In this document: positions 37,492-51,649 of the stretch, piece after piece | Numbering within the stretch: position 1 is the first letter of the stretch | Layout of the letters: every line of letters begins with the position of its first letter | Origin: Dicyema japonicum | Taxonomy: Eukaryota > Animalia > Dicyemida | Assembly: GCA_011109175.1 (NCBI GenBank) | Contig: RDEW01000006.1 | Span: 781,232 to 845,231 of the forward strand | Direction: 5' to 3' | DNA: 64,000 bases | Translations under genes and position numbers: made by a program | The notes under the pieces: generated by a model | What the model saw: only the letters and a program-made list of their open reading frames with translations | What the model was told of the DNA's origin: nothing | Databases searched by the model: none

Positions 37492-38916
37492 TTGAGCCAA
37501 TGTCCTCACAGTTATTTGATGATCACAATTTTAACCCAAAATATAAAAAAATGCATCCACAAATATGGGCTCCTAGGAAATATACAAAAAAGCATTGAAG
37601 AAAATTTTCCTAAACTTAGTGGAAAGTTTGACAAAAGCAATAAAAAATTCGTTCAGACACACATCGAAGATTCATATGATCTCACTCATGCAGACCATAC
37701 GAAAACTTTGGACATGGAAGAGCATAAGAAAGAAAAGAAAAACTTTAATAGAATCATGAAGGAATATTCAGCTAGTCAAAAAAAGAACAAAAAAGATTGA
37801 AAAAACAAAAAAAGTTAGATAAAGTGATGGCAAATATAACTATCGTGAGTGGGAAAAAGATATGGAATACATCAGACAAAGATACAGTCACGATGATCAA
37901 AGATATCGGATGCAGTAGACAGGAATCCAGCAATCAGAATAAGAGGAAAATGCAATAATAGATTGGCGAATCAAGAAAGGGAATTTTGATGGAAGTAATA
38001 TATTTGTAAGAGATCCTCTACCAACTTTGGATGAGCTTAACAAAAATTCTGATATCGCTTTTGACGAGTCACAAGTTAAGAAACCGTTAGTCGTTTAACA
38101 TTAATCGTAGAAAAAATAATAAATTTGAGCCCTCCACGTAGGGAAAAACGAGAAAATTTACTAGTCACGAAACGAACGACTAATACCATCAAACAGAGTT
38201 CTCAAAACTGGACCAACGTTTGATTAAATTTAAATTTAGAACGCCAAAACAAACCACTAAAATTGTCACCACAACCAAAGCCCCTACTACTGAGCGTTTT
38301 CTGTCAAATGAGTATAATTTATTGTTAAGTTTTATAGAAGATTCGACGAGCCATTTCCTGTGAGAAAGTCATATGTTAATAATAGAATTTTACCAGAAAT
38401 GTATAAATTAGGATTTTATTATAGGAAGTTAAGGACCGACACAGTAGTTATTCTTCAATCAAACAGTAGGAAAGGTTCAAGTTTTATGAAAACCGCCAAA
38501 ACACAGCCCCGTCTAGAAGTTCATCAATTCCTTTAATCGCCACAATTTTGATTGGTATTTCTAAATAACTATTTTAGCTTTTATCCACCGTTTTTATTCC
38601 AACTGGAATGTACTTAATGAATAAAAATGAAGCGGGAATAAAGAGACATGCCACAATAAGTTTTGTTAACAACAATAATCAGCTTAAAGTCAATTTCGCT
38701 GAAGAAATTGCACCTGGTTGGCTGGAATACAGAGATTTTGAAAATCAAAAAAAATTCATCATTGGTAACAACAAGGACCAGGTTGGAGAGTTCGGGTGGA
38801 CAAGTTATTTGATCAAGAACCCTAATGAAAAGAACATTTACAACCTGTACGAAAGTTTTACAGGAGATATTAACGACTACAAAGTCGAGGATTTTGCCAT
38901 AGTCACCTTCACTTAA
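37492..38916 (+). CDS. Probable multi-exon gene of unknown function; exon structure unresolved
   Basis: Purine-rich open segments are separated by 23-25 nt GT..AG blocks (e.g. near 38086-38110, 38401-38424, 38555-38577); no recognisable domain. Confidence 0.35.
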
Positions 38917-39412
38917 TAGATTACTTAATTAGTCCTAAGTTTACATTATTAGTCTTAATTTAAATATTTAAAAAAATAGTTATTTTGTCTGGTCACCATG
39001 TGAGATTAATAATGTTGGGAACATAGCGATATTCGAGTCGTTTGCGAACCACAGCAAGTTTAGCACAGACTGCTAAGGATGATTTATCCCTGCAGAGTTT
39101 TTCAAGTCAGACTAACCGCTGATGTGCCCGCCCCACAAGACATCCATTTTTTACATGCCATAACCTCCACAAAATCGTACTCACACTGATTCCGTTTTAT
39201 TCGTTGTACCAAATTGTGAATATTACTATAGACATAGCCAAAGTGGAGATTTCTGCACAGTCTCCCAGAGGAAACCTCCAACAGATTTCTCAGTCCCTTC
39301 GATCTAAATGACTAAATATGTGTACTTGTAATACTAAAATGCTGAGATGGTGAGAATTCTCTACGGTTAAGCTTTTGCAAGCACAATAGAGAACTGAGCC
39401 AGAACAATCGTC

Positions 39413-40130
39413 ATGAGGGATAATCATTTCTCTTTCAAACTCATCGATACAGACAGCATCATTATGTCAAATCTCTTTTCTGGGGAATCTTTAAACCACC
39501 TTAGTGACTCCTCAAAATTTTTATGGTATACAATTCCTCTACTAATTTTACAGCACGAAAACCAGAATCTATCTTGTAGAGGTTATTGTGAAAATGATGC
39601 AATCGGACTTATTGATTTGGAACAATACGAGTATGAATTGATTGATTCAGTAATTCATTCAAAATTGACTAACATTGAGTCCATCTTAAACCAGCATATC
39701 AAGTTAAATCTTCCTCATGACAACATTGGAAGAAATCTACGGTATCTCCATTTTATGAGCGAGAAAATGCTGTTAGGACTTGTTATTGATAAACAACAGT
39801 ATTGTGACATGTAGCAGGAATGTCGCAATTATTCACGGTCGAAATTTCACAGAAAACTCGTTTGACTACAATTGGAGAATATTGGCGATATAAATACTGT
39901 GTTTCCACTGTTGAGGTCGTATAATAAATTGCGTTTGTTTGGCACAATTTCGACAAAAGGAAAACTCGCTATTAAAGATAAACCGGCAGAAAAGTCTAAC
40001 TTAAGAAGGGGATTGAAATACCCACTAACTATATGGGGATGTTTTGTCGGACACAGCTTTCTCGTCTACCTTGACCTATGATTCACTTGAAGTGAATCTA
40101 AAAATAAAAAACATGGCTTTGGGTCAGATT
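39413..40130 (+). CDS. Possible orphan gene fragment
   Basis: 133-aa ORF followed by GT..AG micro-intron-like blocks; the frame cannot be resolved end to end. Confidence 0.3.
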
Positions 40131-40329
40131 ATACGTTTCAACATTAGGCACAGATTAAAGATCAGACATATCACGCTTGTGTCGATGATTTTGGTTGGAA
40201 CGCGCCATTTAGTATTGATGGACATGTTTTTACCACTTCCGTCCTATATCTCTCTTCCATGTCCCTTCTTGAGTCTCTGGAGATTACTTGGAATCTTTAC
40301 CTTGCAGAAACTCTATGACTGGTTTCTCT

Positions 40330-40720
40330 TTCCCAACGTTTCATGAAGGACGAGAGCAGCATCCTTGTTGGAAAATTAACTTTGAAGTTAGGGCGGAAGC
40401 CACGTCACTTGTGAGACTGGGGATGATGTTTGGTTCAGAGAGTTGTTTTGAATGGTAAGGAAATCTGTAACTAGGTGCTTCGATGTCAAAAATTCGGGCA
40501 CATTGCGAATTTTTGCAAGGAAAGGGAAAGGTGCTTAATTTATGGTGGAGAGCACAATATGGACTCTTGTTTGGCCATATAAAGTGAAAGGAAATACATT
40601 AACTGCGGGACAGTTGGTCATTTGGATTTTTACGGTGATTGTTCTTCAGCAAAGGCTGCATTTGAAGAAAGTAGAACAAAAGACATGACTAAGAAGGTGT
40701 TTCCCCTGTTAAGTGAGTTA
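40330..40720 (+). mobile_element. LINE ORF1 (gag-like) remnant
   Basis: Three degenerate zinc knuckles: RCQKFGHIANFC, CLIYGGEHNMDSC, INCGTVGHLDFYGDC. Confidence 0.65.
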
Positions 40721-41639
40721 AATCTGAGGCTGTTTGGGGAAAATCTACACTCTTAATAAAATGTGATTTTCAACCCAAATGGACGCAAAAATGTTGATTA
40801 TGGATACTAACTGAATCTCTGACAATACAAATATTGTTTCCAGTTACATGAACAAAGAGAATACTTTCAGTACTCCTAATCTGGTGGAAGTTTTAGTTGC
40901 TGGCTTGGAATTGATAAACGTTGTTAACAAACTGGTTGATATTTGTGTCGAAAAAGGACTTGACATCTGGAACTTGTTAGCTCTCTTTTCGCAGAGGCAG
41001 AAGTTTTACAAGCATGAAGTCTGTTCTTACTATCATTGGGGTGAACGCCCGATCCTTAAAGAGAAGGCGCTCTGAGATTGTGTGTATGATTTCCACCAAT
41101 CATATTAACTGCTAATGACGAACTTAGAGTGTCGATTAAATTAAATTTATTCCAAAGTTTAATTTCTTCTATCGAAATATTCAATTATCGATTAAATTTA
41201 TTCCAAAGACCAAGGGTAACCAAACTAACTACTCCTTGACTCTGACTCGTTACAGCATCCCAGAACTTGTCTCCAGGTAACGACATTGTCCCCAGGGGAA
41301 GAATTGTTGGATCCTCTTGATGCCGGTCAGGCATTGGGGGTCTCCTCAGTAAGGTGGATCCAGTGACGCCATCGGAGGGAAGGAAAATAATTTTTGATAA
41401 ACTAGCCACATGGCGCCACGTGGCCACGTTAAATTTGCTATATTAAATTAAGTTAACTTCCACTACCAGAATGTGGCAAAAATTGACTTTCTTATTTAAC
41501 TGAATGTAAGAGAAAAAAGCTGGCTCATTTAGAGCATTTCCTTGCTGATCGTCAAAGGGAATGCATATAAAAATTAAATAATCTTGGTATTAAATATCTA
41601 TATAAAGAATTATTTTCTATCAACATTTATTTCGGTTGC

Positions 41640-41840
41640 TGACACAACGTTCAGTTTTAAGTAGAGAATAACCAAGTATCAATAAAGGTCGAGGTCACTA
41701 TTCAGACTTCCATTATTACAATAAACCAGACATTGTGCTACATGACAAAATCTTAGAAGAGATTGTGGAGATTAGCATTACATCGGTAGATTGTCTGCAC
41801 ACGGTGGAGGTCAATAAAAACCATAAGTATGAGCTTCTTA
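41640..41840 (+). mobile_element. R4-like RLE endonuclease fragment
   Basis: NKPDIVLHDK...VEISIT...KYELL. Confidence 0.6.
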
Positions 41841-43935
41841 CTCAATTTTCATCAACTTTCCTGACTTTTAATGGACAATACTCAGGGATGACTGCATTGT
41901 AGCAAAGTGGTCGATATTCTCATCGAATATTAGTTTTGGGGGAATTTTGGTAATTAAAACACAACCATACTGATATTTTCAAATATTGTTTGTCGTATAC
42001 AGGGTTCGCAGATCTTAATTGACCATATCAACTCACACAGACAAAAATCCTGCGTCTTCTTCTTTTTTACAAAAGATCATCAATGCTAATCGCCTTTCGG
42101 AGGAGTCGGCAGAAATAATGACCAAAGTTCCCTGCGTTTGGAAATAACCAGGACGCCTATTTGAAGGAATTTCGATCGAATTCCTCTACAGGAATTCTGG
42201 GGGACAGTTCTGGAAAGCGGTGGAATCACTGGCTAACACTTGAAAAGAGTCAGGGAGTTAATAAAAATTTGGAATCATTCATTTAGTCAGTTTTTACAAT
42301 TTCTTTCTTGGTGGTCTTGTAAAACTAATCAAAACTGGAATAGGGGTGGCTGGGTTAACTATAATAAGACACCGCATGTCTCTTCCGTTGAGTAACCATT
42401 TTTATATCACACATGAATTATGCATTCATGCAGTGTTTACTTCCTTTATAGTTCTTACCACCTTCCTATTTAGATTGTATTTTGGCCTGCAGCCCCAATT
42501 CATATGCTAATTTGTTCCTTCTTAGCTTTCATAACCGTCTTTAGTCCCGGACAAAATTCTGACTGTTATGGGCTCTTATCTCGCTGATGTACATTTCGCT
42601 TGAAGATTCCACGCATCTATGATGCTTAGGTTTGACGAGTGACGCCGTCATCAGTGACTTCACAAAACTCACACACAACAAAAAAGTGAAGAACATTCGT
42701 TGGTTCTCTTTCTACGATTAGTCATCATAACTGCTACTTAACTCACATAAAGCACGTGTTCCGCCTGTGTGAAGCTATTATAGCTCTCGCAATAAGTGAT
42801 ATCATAACACCCTTGTGAGCCATAGATCATGAATGGTTCGGATTATTATGTTTCCAACACTCATTAGTGGAATATTTAGAATTATCAGTGAAAGTCGACA
42901 ATCGTGATTAAAATTTAAAAAAAATTTTTATCTAACACTAAGTAGGTTAATCGGCTAACTCAAAGGTTAATTGGCTGTGATGTTGGGATAGTGACATTAC
43001 AAGGAATTTGGAGCTCGTATGAAGAATTCATGGATCAACGAATACACGAAATTTGAACTACGGAGCACCGGATACATTCAAATCTCCCAACCTACTTTGG
43101 ACTGAGATTTTTACCTCGAATCTCGACCAGCTCAAAATTGAAAGAACTCAGAGATCATCTGTCAGAAGCTGCACGTATAGGATGATAAAAGGTGGAGGAA
43201 GACGAAGGGGGAAAATATCATGGATTTCTCCACTCGTTCACATTCTGTGGGATTGCTGTCGAGGCAACTGGAACGATAAGTAAAAAAGTATGTCTTTCCT
43301 CAAGACCTGGGACTTCTGGCCACACTCAAGCAACGACATCCTCGGAACCCAGTGGCTTTTCCAGTTAATCTCGAAGGTTATTGTGAGAGAAATTATCGCA
43401 TCAATTATATCGGGGGATAAAAATTATAATTTCTACATGCTAATAGTAAAGGTTCCATTACATCTCAATTAAGTATAGACTACAACTCGATCAATATCCT
43501 ACTAAAGGTGTAACCAATCTGAGTTCAGTGACTATGTAAACCACAAACCACAGTTAGTGAATAGTTAACAATGCCACCGATTGTTGTCTACTTTCTCCCA
43601 AACGTTGAAGCAGACGAAAGTGAACCTTATATCCGATGTTACCTAGTTCGTACTGCCTTGCTCTCCTGATCCAGAGTGCTGGAGAACCATTATGTCATCC
43701 TGGCTCTCGTTCCTGCAGAAGCCCGACCGTATCAACAAAGTCCACCATGCGGGAGTCAGGAACTTCAGACGTCCCAATAGAGATCGTATTCCATGAAAGA
43801 TTTTTCTAAGCACAAAAATTATTGGAAATTATTTTATTCGTTGAATATCACTAAGAAACTTAAATTAGTAAAATTAATTCAATTTATTTATTAATAAATT
43901 ATTCAACTTCCAAAATAACGATCAAACAGAAAACG

Positions 43936-44379
43936 TCAATCATCTTTCGTGCTGTGAAACCTCTTCCATAATTTCTTTGCAAATATAATTTTTGTAACTT
44001 CAAAATGGATGCAAATCCCACAAAACTGACTTTTTATATATTCTGTCTTTTTTAGTTTGTAGTTTAGGTTGTAAAGTAAAGTTATGAAAAATATTATTAG
44101 CACTGCCTTATACTGCTGATAAGACGGAAGGATCGCAAGCTTCTTACGTTGATTTAAATTGTCAGATTTTTTATCTGAGATAGTTTTCAATTTTGTGCTT
44201 AAAAAATTGTTCTTTTTCGATATTACTAAGTTCGTTTGGGTTAATTCATTATTTTTTCTTTCCAAGTTGGATATATATTCTTTTAAATTTTCTAAATACT
44301 GATTTTGTTTGTCAGTTAATTTTTTTCTAGACTTTTTATTTTTCAGTTTTCTAAGAGTTATTTTTTTATTTCTTGCCAT
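43936..44379 (-). CDS. Divergent bZIP-like protein with a downstream hydrophobic segment (CREB3/OASIS-like layout)
   Basis: Basic RKLKNKKSRKK, heptads YLENLKEYISNLERKNNELTQTNLVISKKNNFL, then AVLIIFFITLLY. Confidence 0.45.
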   Translation of the reverse strand: MARNKKITLRKLKNKKSRKKLTDKQNQYLENLKEYISNLERKNNELTQTNLVISKKNNFLSTKLKTISDKKSDNLNQRKKLAILPSYQQYKAVLIIFFITLLYNLNYKLKKTEYIKSQFCGICIHFEVTKIIFAKKLWKRFHSTKDD

Positions 44380-44699
44380 TACTTAACAACGATTAAATAA
44401 ACGAATACGTTGAACAATCTATTACTTTTAGGTTAACCAATCTAAATTAATAAAAAAATTAAATTAAAAATAATATTTATTAAATGGCATCCAAAATAAA
44501 TTTATTATTTGATTTATCTGAAAAGTTGAACTGGTGACGTGGTTCTATTTGAAAAATTGAAGAATGGTCATTTACCATTCTCTCACCTAGAAGTTGACCA
44601 CAGCCCAGGAAATCATCAACATAGTCATCCGTCATAATTTCAAATCTATGACTTTTGAAAAACTTTGTGAGGGCGGACAACATATTAATCAACCCCTTA

Positions 44700-46200
44700 C
44701 GACACCTCTATCAATACTTCAAAAACCGCCAGATAGAACTAAGTGATCTCGACGCGACCCAGTAGTGCCCTCATTTTGACACGGTGTTCTTCCCTCGAGC
44801 TCACGTTGGAACTGTTCGATTCCGGTAGAAGAGACACAAGTTCTGGTCATCCAAATTAAGAACTTCAATAATGTTGCTTGTAATAAATTCTTTCCTAAAA
44901 TCCACTGTAATGTTATTCTATGTCCTTTTTGGGTCAAAGTCTTAACGGAATTGGTTCAAAAAATTAACGTGCCCAGCGATGCTCACAGTAGGAAACGCAT
45001 GACTTGACGTAGTTTTTATATAAAGCTTTAGACCTTCCATAATTATAGGAGACTACTCAGTATGTTAATCATCTATCATTAACGTTCAATTTGCTACGAC
45101 AAGCACATAGGGACGTCGAACATGACTCCCAGGATTTTTTGGTATTAGCTAAAGGGGTTTCTGTATTATCTAGTCTTAGCTCCAGTCACGTGAGCCCAGA
45201 ACAATATTGTCGGCGTAAGTTACGAGGTTATAATTACCATCTTATGAAATAGGAAGGTCAGCTAAGAATGGGTCGAAGAATAAGGGGATAGAGGTGATCC
45301 CTGTGAGACGCTATTTGGAGGAAACCGGGGGGTACTTAACGAAAACCTCCAATTTGTCCTCTCTGATTGTTAAGGAAGTTAGCCACCTGTATTTTTAGAT
45401 TTCCAGCTATTTCTGGTTAAAATATTTTCCGAGTTAAGATTTTCCTTGAAGCATAATCGAAGGCCTTGTGTATATACACGAAGCAGAGCGCAGTTTCATG
45501 TATCTGTGTTTGTGTGAAAACCCAGAGCGGATGAAATGCATCAGGGCTTCCATGTGGGGGAAGTAGAACGATCATTTTGAACCCACAATGAAAAGGATTA
45601 TCAGGCCGAATGTCCTTGATTTAAAAGAATTAGGTTTTCCAATATTTTGGAGTATGAGTAGAGGAGTGATTCCACTCTATAAGAAGCTGAAACCCCTTTC
45701 GGTCTTCATGGGTGATGTAGGCGTACTTTCATATAGCCAGAATGTTGAACACTACAGTAACGGAATTCTATCAGGACCATGGGAGTAAGTAATTTTACTG
45801 CGTTTCAGCACGTCTACCATGTGATTTTTGGTAAAATAGAATGATTCTGGTTATTTATTCGTTTTTTTTCGTGGAAATGTGGAACAAACGGTTTCTTGTG
45901 ACCTTTGTGAACAATATTGATGTAGTTTAACCAAGTTTAGATCATTTAAGATTTTCATCTCTTAGGCAGTTTTGGCTCTTGAAGCGTCTTCCAAAATTCT
46001 CCAGTGGTTCGATTCTGCTTTAAGGTTGTACTTGAATCCATTTTACCTTCTTAAATTCTTTGTTTTGTTCTTCAAATCACTGATCCTGAGTTTTATTTTC
46101 CTGGTTTGTCGGTAAGTCCTTTTAAGTTGATTCCTCTCTTTAGTCAATGGAATCTTGAAGCCATGAGTGATGAATCTCTCCTCTCGCCTTTTGTGGTGAA
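44700..46200 (-). mobile_element. Decayed LINE RT remnant
   Basis: GPDRI, KAFDY, SVSQGSPLSPYS, KILGVMFD motifs. Confidence 0.65.
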
Positions 46201-46330
46201 TTTAGATATACCAACATTTCTTACTAAGCGAATACTAAAATACACCAGTATTCTCGATTAGAAAGTGTAACCTTGTAACTAAAACTGTTCTCAAAATAGT
46301 TTAAAAAAACGAAATCACACTCTTCTAACT

Positions 46331-47740
46331 CAGTGGTTCAACCCTAGGCGATATAGCCCAAATCGGGCGTTGGGATATTTACTTGTGGAATTTTTAATTA
46401 TTGATTTTTTTAATTTTTATAAAAAGAACGAAAGTATTAATGGAAATTAAAAATAGATTAAAAATTATTATTTAATTAATATTTCCATTGGTGACACAAA
46501 ACCGTATTGCCTAATATGCAATATTACTTTGTCAAATCCATCAAGACTATTGCAGCATTTACGAAACGAACATTCGTCTAAACTTGACAAAAGTATTGAA
46601 TAGTTTGAAAACTAAGGGAGAACTATTTCAGCACTGCTACAATAAAACAAAAATACGAGAACACAAACTAGTAAATAGCATTTTAGTTAATTTTTTAAAA
46701 GGACTTGAAACCTATAAAATATCTGAATTGGTCGCGAATACAGGCTGTTCCATAATGAAATCAATTTCGTCAGTGATTGTTCCATAATGAAATTGATATT
46801 ATCGAATGTTGTGGGTCTCATCGGAAATTATTTTTTGAAAATAGTATTCCATTAGAAAATCTACTGTTTATTCCATACTCACGTTCAAAAATTAAATTGA
46901 CTTAGGTTCGCTGGATATCAAAGGGAAATGCATTAACAGATTTGTCACTTTGTATGATACAATTATTGACTCTCTGAAATTAAGAGATGATAGCAACGAT
47001 TTTAATGGATCACAAAAAATTGTATTTGAGTTGAATTTTTTTTCAAAACTTAATGATATTATAGATGAAGACTCAGAGTCACTCTACCCGTGGCTCTGAA
47101 CAAGGATCTTAATGGAATTGGAAGAAAACTTAAATCTGTAGAAGACCTAGAAGATCTACGACAGATGCGCAAAGCACAGGGCGATGGAGACGCCTAGTGA
47201 AGCAAATCTCGAAACGTGTGGCACAAACGGGACCTTAGTTAATATAACGTTATTTGGTTTTGTGAAAGTGCCTTTAATAATAAGATGATGATAATGAGGT
47301 TAGTAGAAAAAAGACTACTTTTATCTTTGATGTTACTGGGAGATCATGTAACAATCTTTTGATATTCCTCAGTGGATGATTGATCCATTCAAATCCAAAA
47401 TTTTAGACTGTGATTCCGAATTAAGAGAGGATCAATAGGCCTAAAAATAATACATCTTGTGAAATTAACTTTCAGAGTACTTCAATTTCTCAGTTTTGGC
47501 AGAATTTAAAGATTAAATTTTGTAATTCGAGCTCTCAGATAATCTTGTACTTTCCAACTTCATATTTTATTGAGAGAGGATACAGCTCACTTAATTATTC
47601 ATTGAAGAGTGAGCGACATAAATTGAAAGTTTGTGAAGTGATATTCGACTTTATTTGAGTCGAATCAAGCTTGATATGAAATCGTTGGCTTTAAGTCATC
47701 AGTTTCAAGGATCACATTACTTAATGATTATTCATTTTTA
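46331..47740 (+). mobile_element. Highly decayed hAT Buster-type element containing an RTE 3' fragment (~47040-47295)
   Basis: Left end cagtggttcaaccct preceded by ttcTAact; C-terminal FPTSYFIERGYS dimerisation motif; right end not located. Confidence 0.55.
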
Positions 47741-48099
47741 ATAAAACTAATATGTACCGAGCTAAATGCATAAATGAGTAGCAAAGTACGTAGTCATACC
47801 CGAGGATTTTTGTTTGTTCCGCACGCGGTTGAAACTTCAGGTCCCCTTGCGCCTGTGACGTTGGAATTCCTGAGTCGTCTACGGAATCAGATTTTGCACG
47901 AACAGGAGATCCCCGTAAGCGAGGCGAGTAAATTTGAGTGAATCTCGTTCTTCATCCTGAGATGGAATAGCCAGCAGTCAGAGGGCTGCTGTATGATCAT
48001 CGGGTGACTGTTTATTATTATAGGCAACATGTGTAAAATCACAATAGTTATTTCACTCGTGCAGCATTTGAAACAATCCTCCGAATCAACCTCTTTCAA

Positions 48100-48550
48100 G
48101 CTCCCCGATCGTAAGAAAGTTTCCTCAACTCGTCCAAATCGTCTTCACTTCTTAGATTTTTGTTCACAAGCTTTAGATCTCCATCAAGTGTTTCTGGAAG
48201 TGTAACACGCTGACGTCCACGGAAATACGGTCCCTGTCTCATGAAGTAATCCTCCATTGCTTAATGGCTGGAGCACCCAAACCCATTCATAAAATATGTC
48301 CAAATAGCCTCTTCGGTGAAAAGAATCTAGTCAAGTTGTTCGGTTTTGGACGTCCCCCAAGTCGATGAATTGTATATTAAGATCGGCTTGACAAAGGCTT
48401 CATACAGTCTCAAACGAAGTGATTTGCATGATCGTAGTTTGCTAATCCACTTTTATCTTGTTCGTCGTTACCCGAGCGAGGGCCTTTCTCCTGGCAATAT
48501 CTTGGCTATCTCTAAGTAAAGAGCCAAGTTACGTTTTTCACCATGTTCTG
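48100..48550 (-). mobile_element. RTE-like retrotransposon remnant; further pieces at 54900-55190, 57450-57720, 60090-60360, 62320-62600
   Basis: LGSLL..DIARRK, LRLYEAFVKPILIYN, GRQRVTLPETLDGDL motifs. Confidence 0.6.
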
Positions 48551-49100
48551 ATAACTATTTATTAATTTTAATTTAATAAATTCTTACATTTCGTCAAAAA
48601 TTTTAATTATCATAGAATCAAATGTTATCTAATCATTTTGGGAATGAGGTTGATCCCCATCACATCACCATATTTCAATTTTCCCAATATGGTTCGATGT
48701 CTTTCCAGGATAATATCTAGTTAAGTTCAATCAATAAGAGGTTATTCATGATTATTTTTAATGAAGTTCACTTTTTTACTCACCAAACACTTAAATAATA
48801 TTGGACTTTTATTTACCCCCGATTCATCGAGTGAAAAAAACCGGTGGCTAGCATGAACGTCACAGCCAGTGATTGATCAATGTCCAGCCCACAAAATCTG
48901 CCTCCGGACCATTTTTACAGAATAGAGGACCCGACAATAATATTATTTTTTGTTAGTCATAGTGTAGTTATTTCTAAAAAGTAAAATTATACGAAATTCT
49001 GATGGTTCATACATTACATAAAAATCAATAATTCTCTCAAATCCGCCACTTTTTTGAAAGTCACAAAGTGGCGGATTCGAAAGGATTTACTGTATTAATA

Positions 49101-49565
49101 CAGTGAACCCTAGCAAATTGGCTGCATTTCGAAAAATTTTCAAAAAATCATATTCTCCTTTTAATTGACCAATTTTTAAATTAATAATATTATCGAGAAA
49201 AACAATAAATAATCTTTTTCTAAAGAAAGACACTATTTTGAAAGGTTCTGAAAAATATCAACAGTCTTTTATAGTTGCACATACCCAAAGTTTCAGAAGC
49301 TTGAAGATAAGTTGGTAGAAAAAATAGTCTAAAGTTATCTTATCGAAAAATCAATTTTCTAGATTTTGAAGCAAGGATAACCGGTTTGGAATTAAATTTT
49401 ATTTAATAAAAGTTAAATACGCTTTATTGTTCATTTGTGGCATTTTTCTAAAAAAATTCTATCTTCATTGTTCTTCGGAATAATTGATTTTATTTTTTTC
49501 AAATTGGCCATTTTTTAAATTTGCCACAAAATTTCAAGGAACCAAAAATGGCCAATTTGCGACTG
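49101..49565 (+). mobile_element. Tigger/pogo-like MITE; a second short TIR element lies at ~49025-49092
   Basis: TA-cagtgaaccctagcaaattggc ... gccaatttgcgactg-TA. Confidence 0.6.
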
Positions 49566-50008
49566 TATTTAATTTTCCCTCACAAATAAAATGAAAATTA
49601 TCTAATTAATCGGATTTTAATCCAGATTGCTGATAATCCCTCTCATCTTGGACGAAGAGTGTGCCATTAACTTCCTGTTATTCCCCATCTCCGCATCAGA
49701 GTCAATAGAATATCTCTGTTAGAGTCCAGTGGGATGTCTTCACACAAGCTGAGAGGTGCAGAGGTGTACTCTTCATCTGAAACCTTCACCCCGTCATAAG
49801 TACCTAATCAATTAATTAGGGAATGGAAACAAATAATAAAATGGAAACCACAAATGCGTCATTAAATTTAAAAGAGTTATTGAAGTCCGATCATCGATGA
49901 CGTTGAAAGATTCACAAAACTATATATTTTACTATTAAAATTATAAAAGTTTAATTTGTGGTGGTAAACCTAAAGATCAATCAATTTTGTTGCTAAGAAA
50001 TTTAGGAA

Positions 50009-50892
50009 ATGGAAAAAAACTTCAAATCTGAAAAAGAAGTCGAACTGAGACTCAAACTAAACAAACTGCAGGACAAAATGTTTGCAATTCAAAGCAAAAA
50101 CAAGGAATTGTACGATTTATATTTATCACGAGAATTTCAGAAAACCATGAACTGGAAGACCGACGGCAACTGATGGTCCAGCAGAACGTAGTCTTGTAGC
50201 CTAATCAAAGCACGAATATATGGAATATATAAACAAGAAAATAAACAAACGGAAAGAGAATGTGATTACCGTGGAGGACTACTACAACAAACAAGTCCAG
50301 AATCTGATCCAGGAAAACAAAAAGATCGTGAGACAACACGAGGAAAAAAAAGAAGGTCAATAAAGACTTTATTTCAGGGTTGTATCGAATCATTGAGGAT
50401 AAAAGACGGGATTTGGAAGAAAGTCAGAAGAAGTTGGCTTCTCTCGGGGGAATTAAGGTTAATCCAATGACAATGAGGTGCAGAAAAATATATGACGACA
50501 ACATCCTCAAGATCAATAGCTTAGAAAAGAAAATAAGCGAGTTGACTGCGAAATTTTCTGCAAACTTCAACGATCTAAAAGAGAAGGCCATGAAAGAGTC
50601 TCTGGCCAATGAGAGGGCTGCCAACAATGCATCGAATTCACTAAAAGCGGACATAAAGACGGTTGAACCACGTGCATATTTAGAATGCTCTGCAATGCAT
50701 GGAACAGTTCTCACGAATATCATCGAGGATAATAAAAATCTAAAAAAAACTCTCGAGAAGATTCTGTCATCAATAAGAACCCTTCGTAAGAAAAGAGACG
50801 CTCTGCAAACTCACAAGGAAAACTTGGAAACAGAAATAACCATGAATATCGACTTGGCCAAACTTAGAGCTACAAAAGTGATTCACAAATAA
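50009..50892 (+). CDS. CCDC166/CCDC121 (DUF4515)-like coiled-coil protein; introns 50110-50132, 50188-50210, 50356-50377
   Basis: The spliced frame is open: LISENHELE...EYMEYINKK...VITVED...IIEDNKNLKKTLEKIL...DLAKLR, which aligns with CCDC166 as I recall it. The start may lie in an upstream exon. Confidence 0.7.
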
Positions 50893-51649
50893 ATGCTGTA
50901 CTAACTTTTAATAAAACCTTATTTTTGATAAATTAAATGATAATAAATTAAAAAAAAAATAAATAAACTATAACTTTGGTTTATTCAATAAAATGAACGA
51001 GCTCGTGTTACCAACATGTTATCACAGATTTCATTTCAGTGTTCCTTTCATGATAGGATAGTTTCCGACTCACGTGCTAAGAGGAATAGTTATCCCACCG
51101 AGGATTAGGGTCTTCTGATGGTTCAGTGCCTTGTCGATGGTAACAATTTACTAGAATCTATATAATCAGAGACGAATGACTTTAAGTTCAGGTAAGTTTT
51201 GTTATGAATTATGAAGCGTCTGACTACTCTGGCAAAGACAGATTCTCATATTGTCCGTCTTGGGATGTCAGACTAATCGTAAATTTAACTCGCAGATTTT
51301 CGAGATTCTATGTGGGACATTATTGAACTCAATTAAGGTCCCAAAATATCTATTTGATAGCATCACTAGGAATGGCAGTTTGACGTCTTTTTATTTGTGC
51401 CGACCAAATCCATCCTCAATACTCCATTACATACTTCCGAAGGGAGATGGATAGTAGGTCCACCATCTTCCATTTTGATCACACGTCCTGCCGTCGCGAA
51501 CATAGCTTCACTCTTAATCGGAAGATTTTCGATAATCTGAATCTCCACCGGTGAAGTTTTTAACCAAAAATAAATTGGGGGATACTGAAGGACGACTTTT
51601 GTCACCACAAATCTTTATTATTGATGGACCCCCTGAGCAGTATATTAAA

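Noticed and set aside
42960-43800. Possible micro-intron gene; similar hints at 10200-10600, 36900-37360 and 56340-57500
   Set aside because: GT..AG blocks are present, but I could not assemble a consistent frame or recognise a domain.
50458-50483. 26-nt intron in the CCDC166-like gene
   Set aside because: Removal shifts the frame into a stop, whereas the unspliced sequence is open; left as coding and unresolved.
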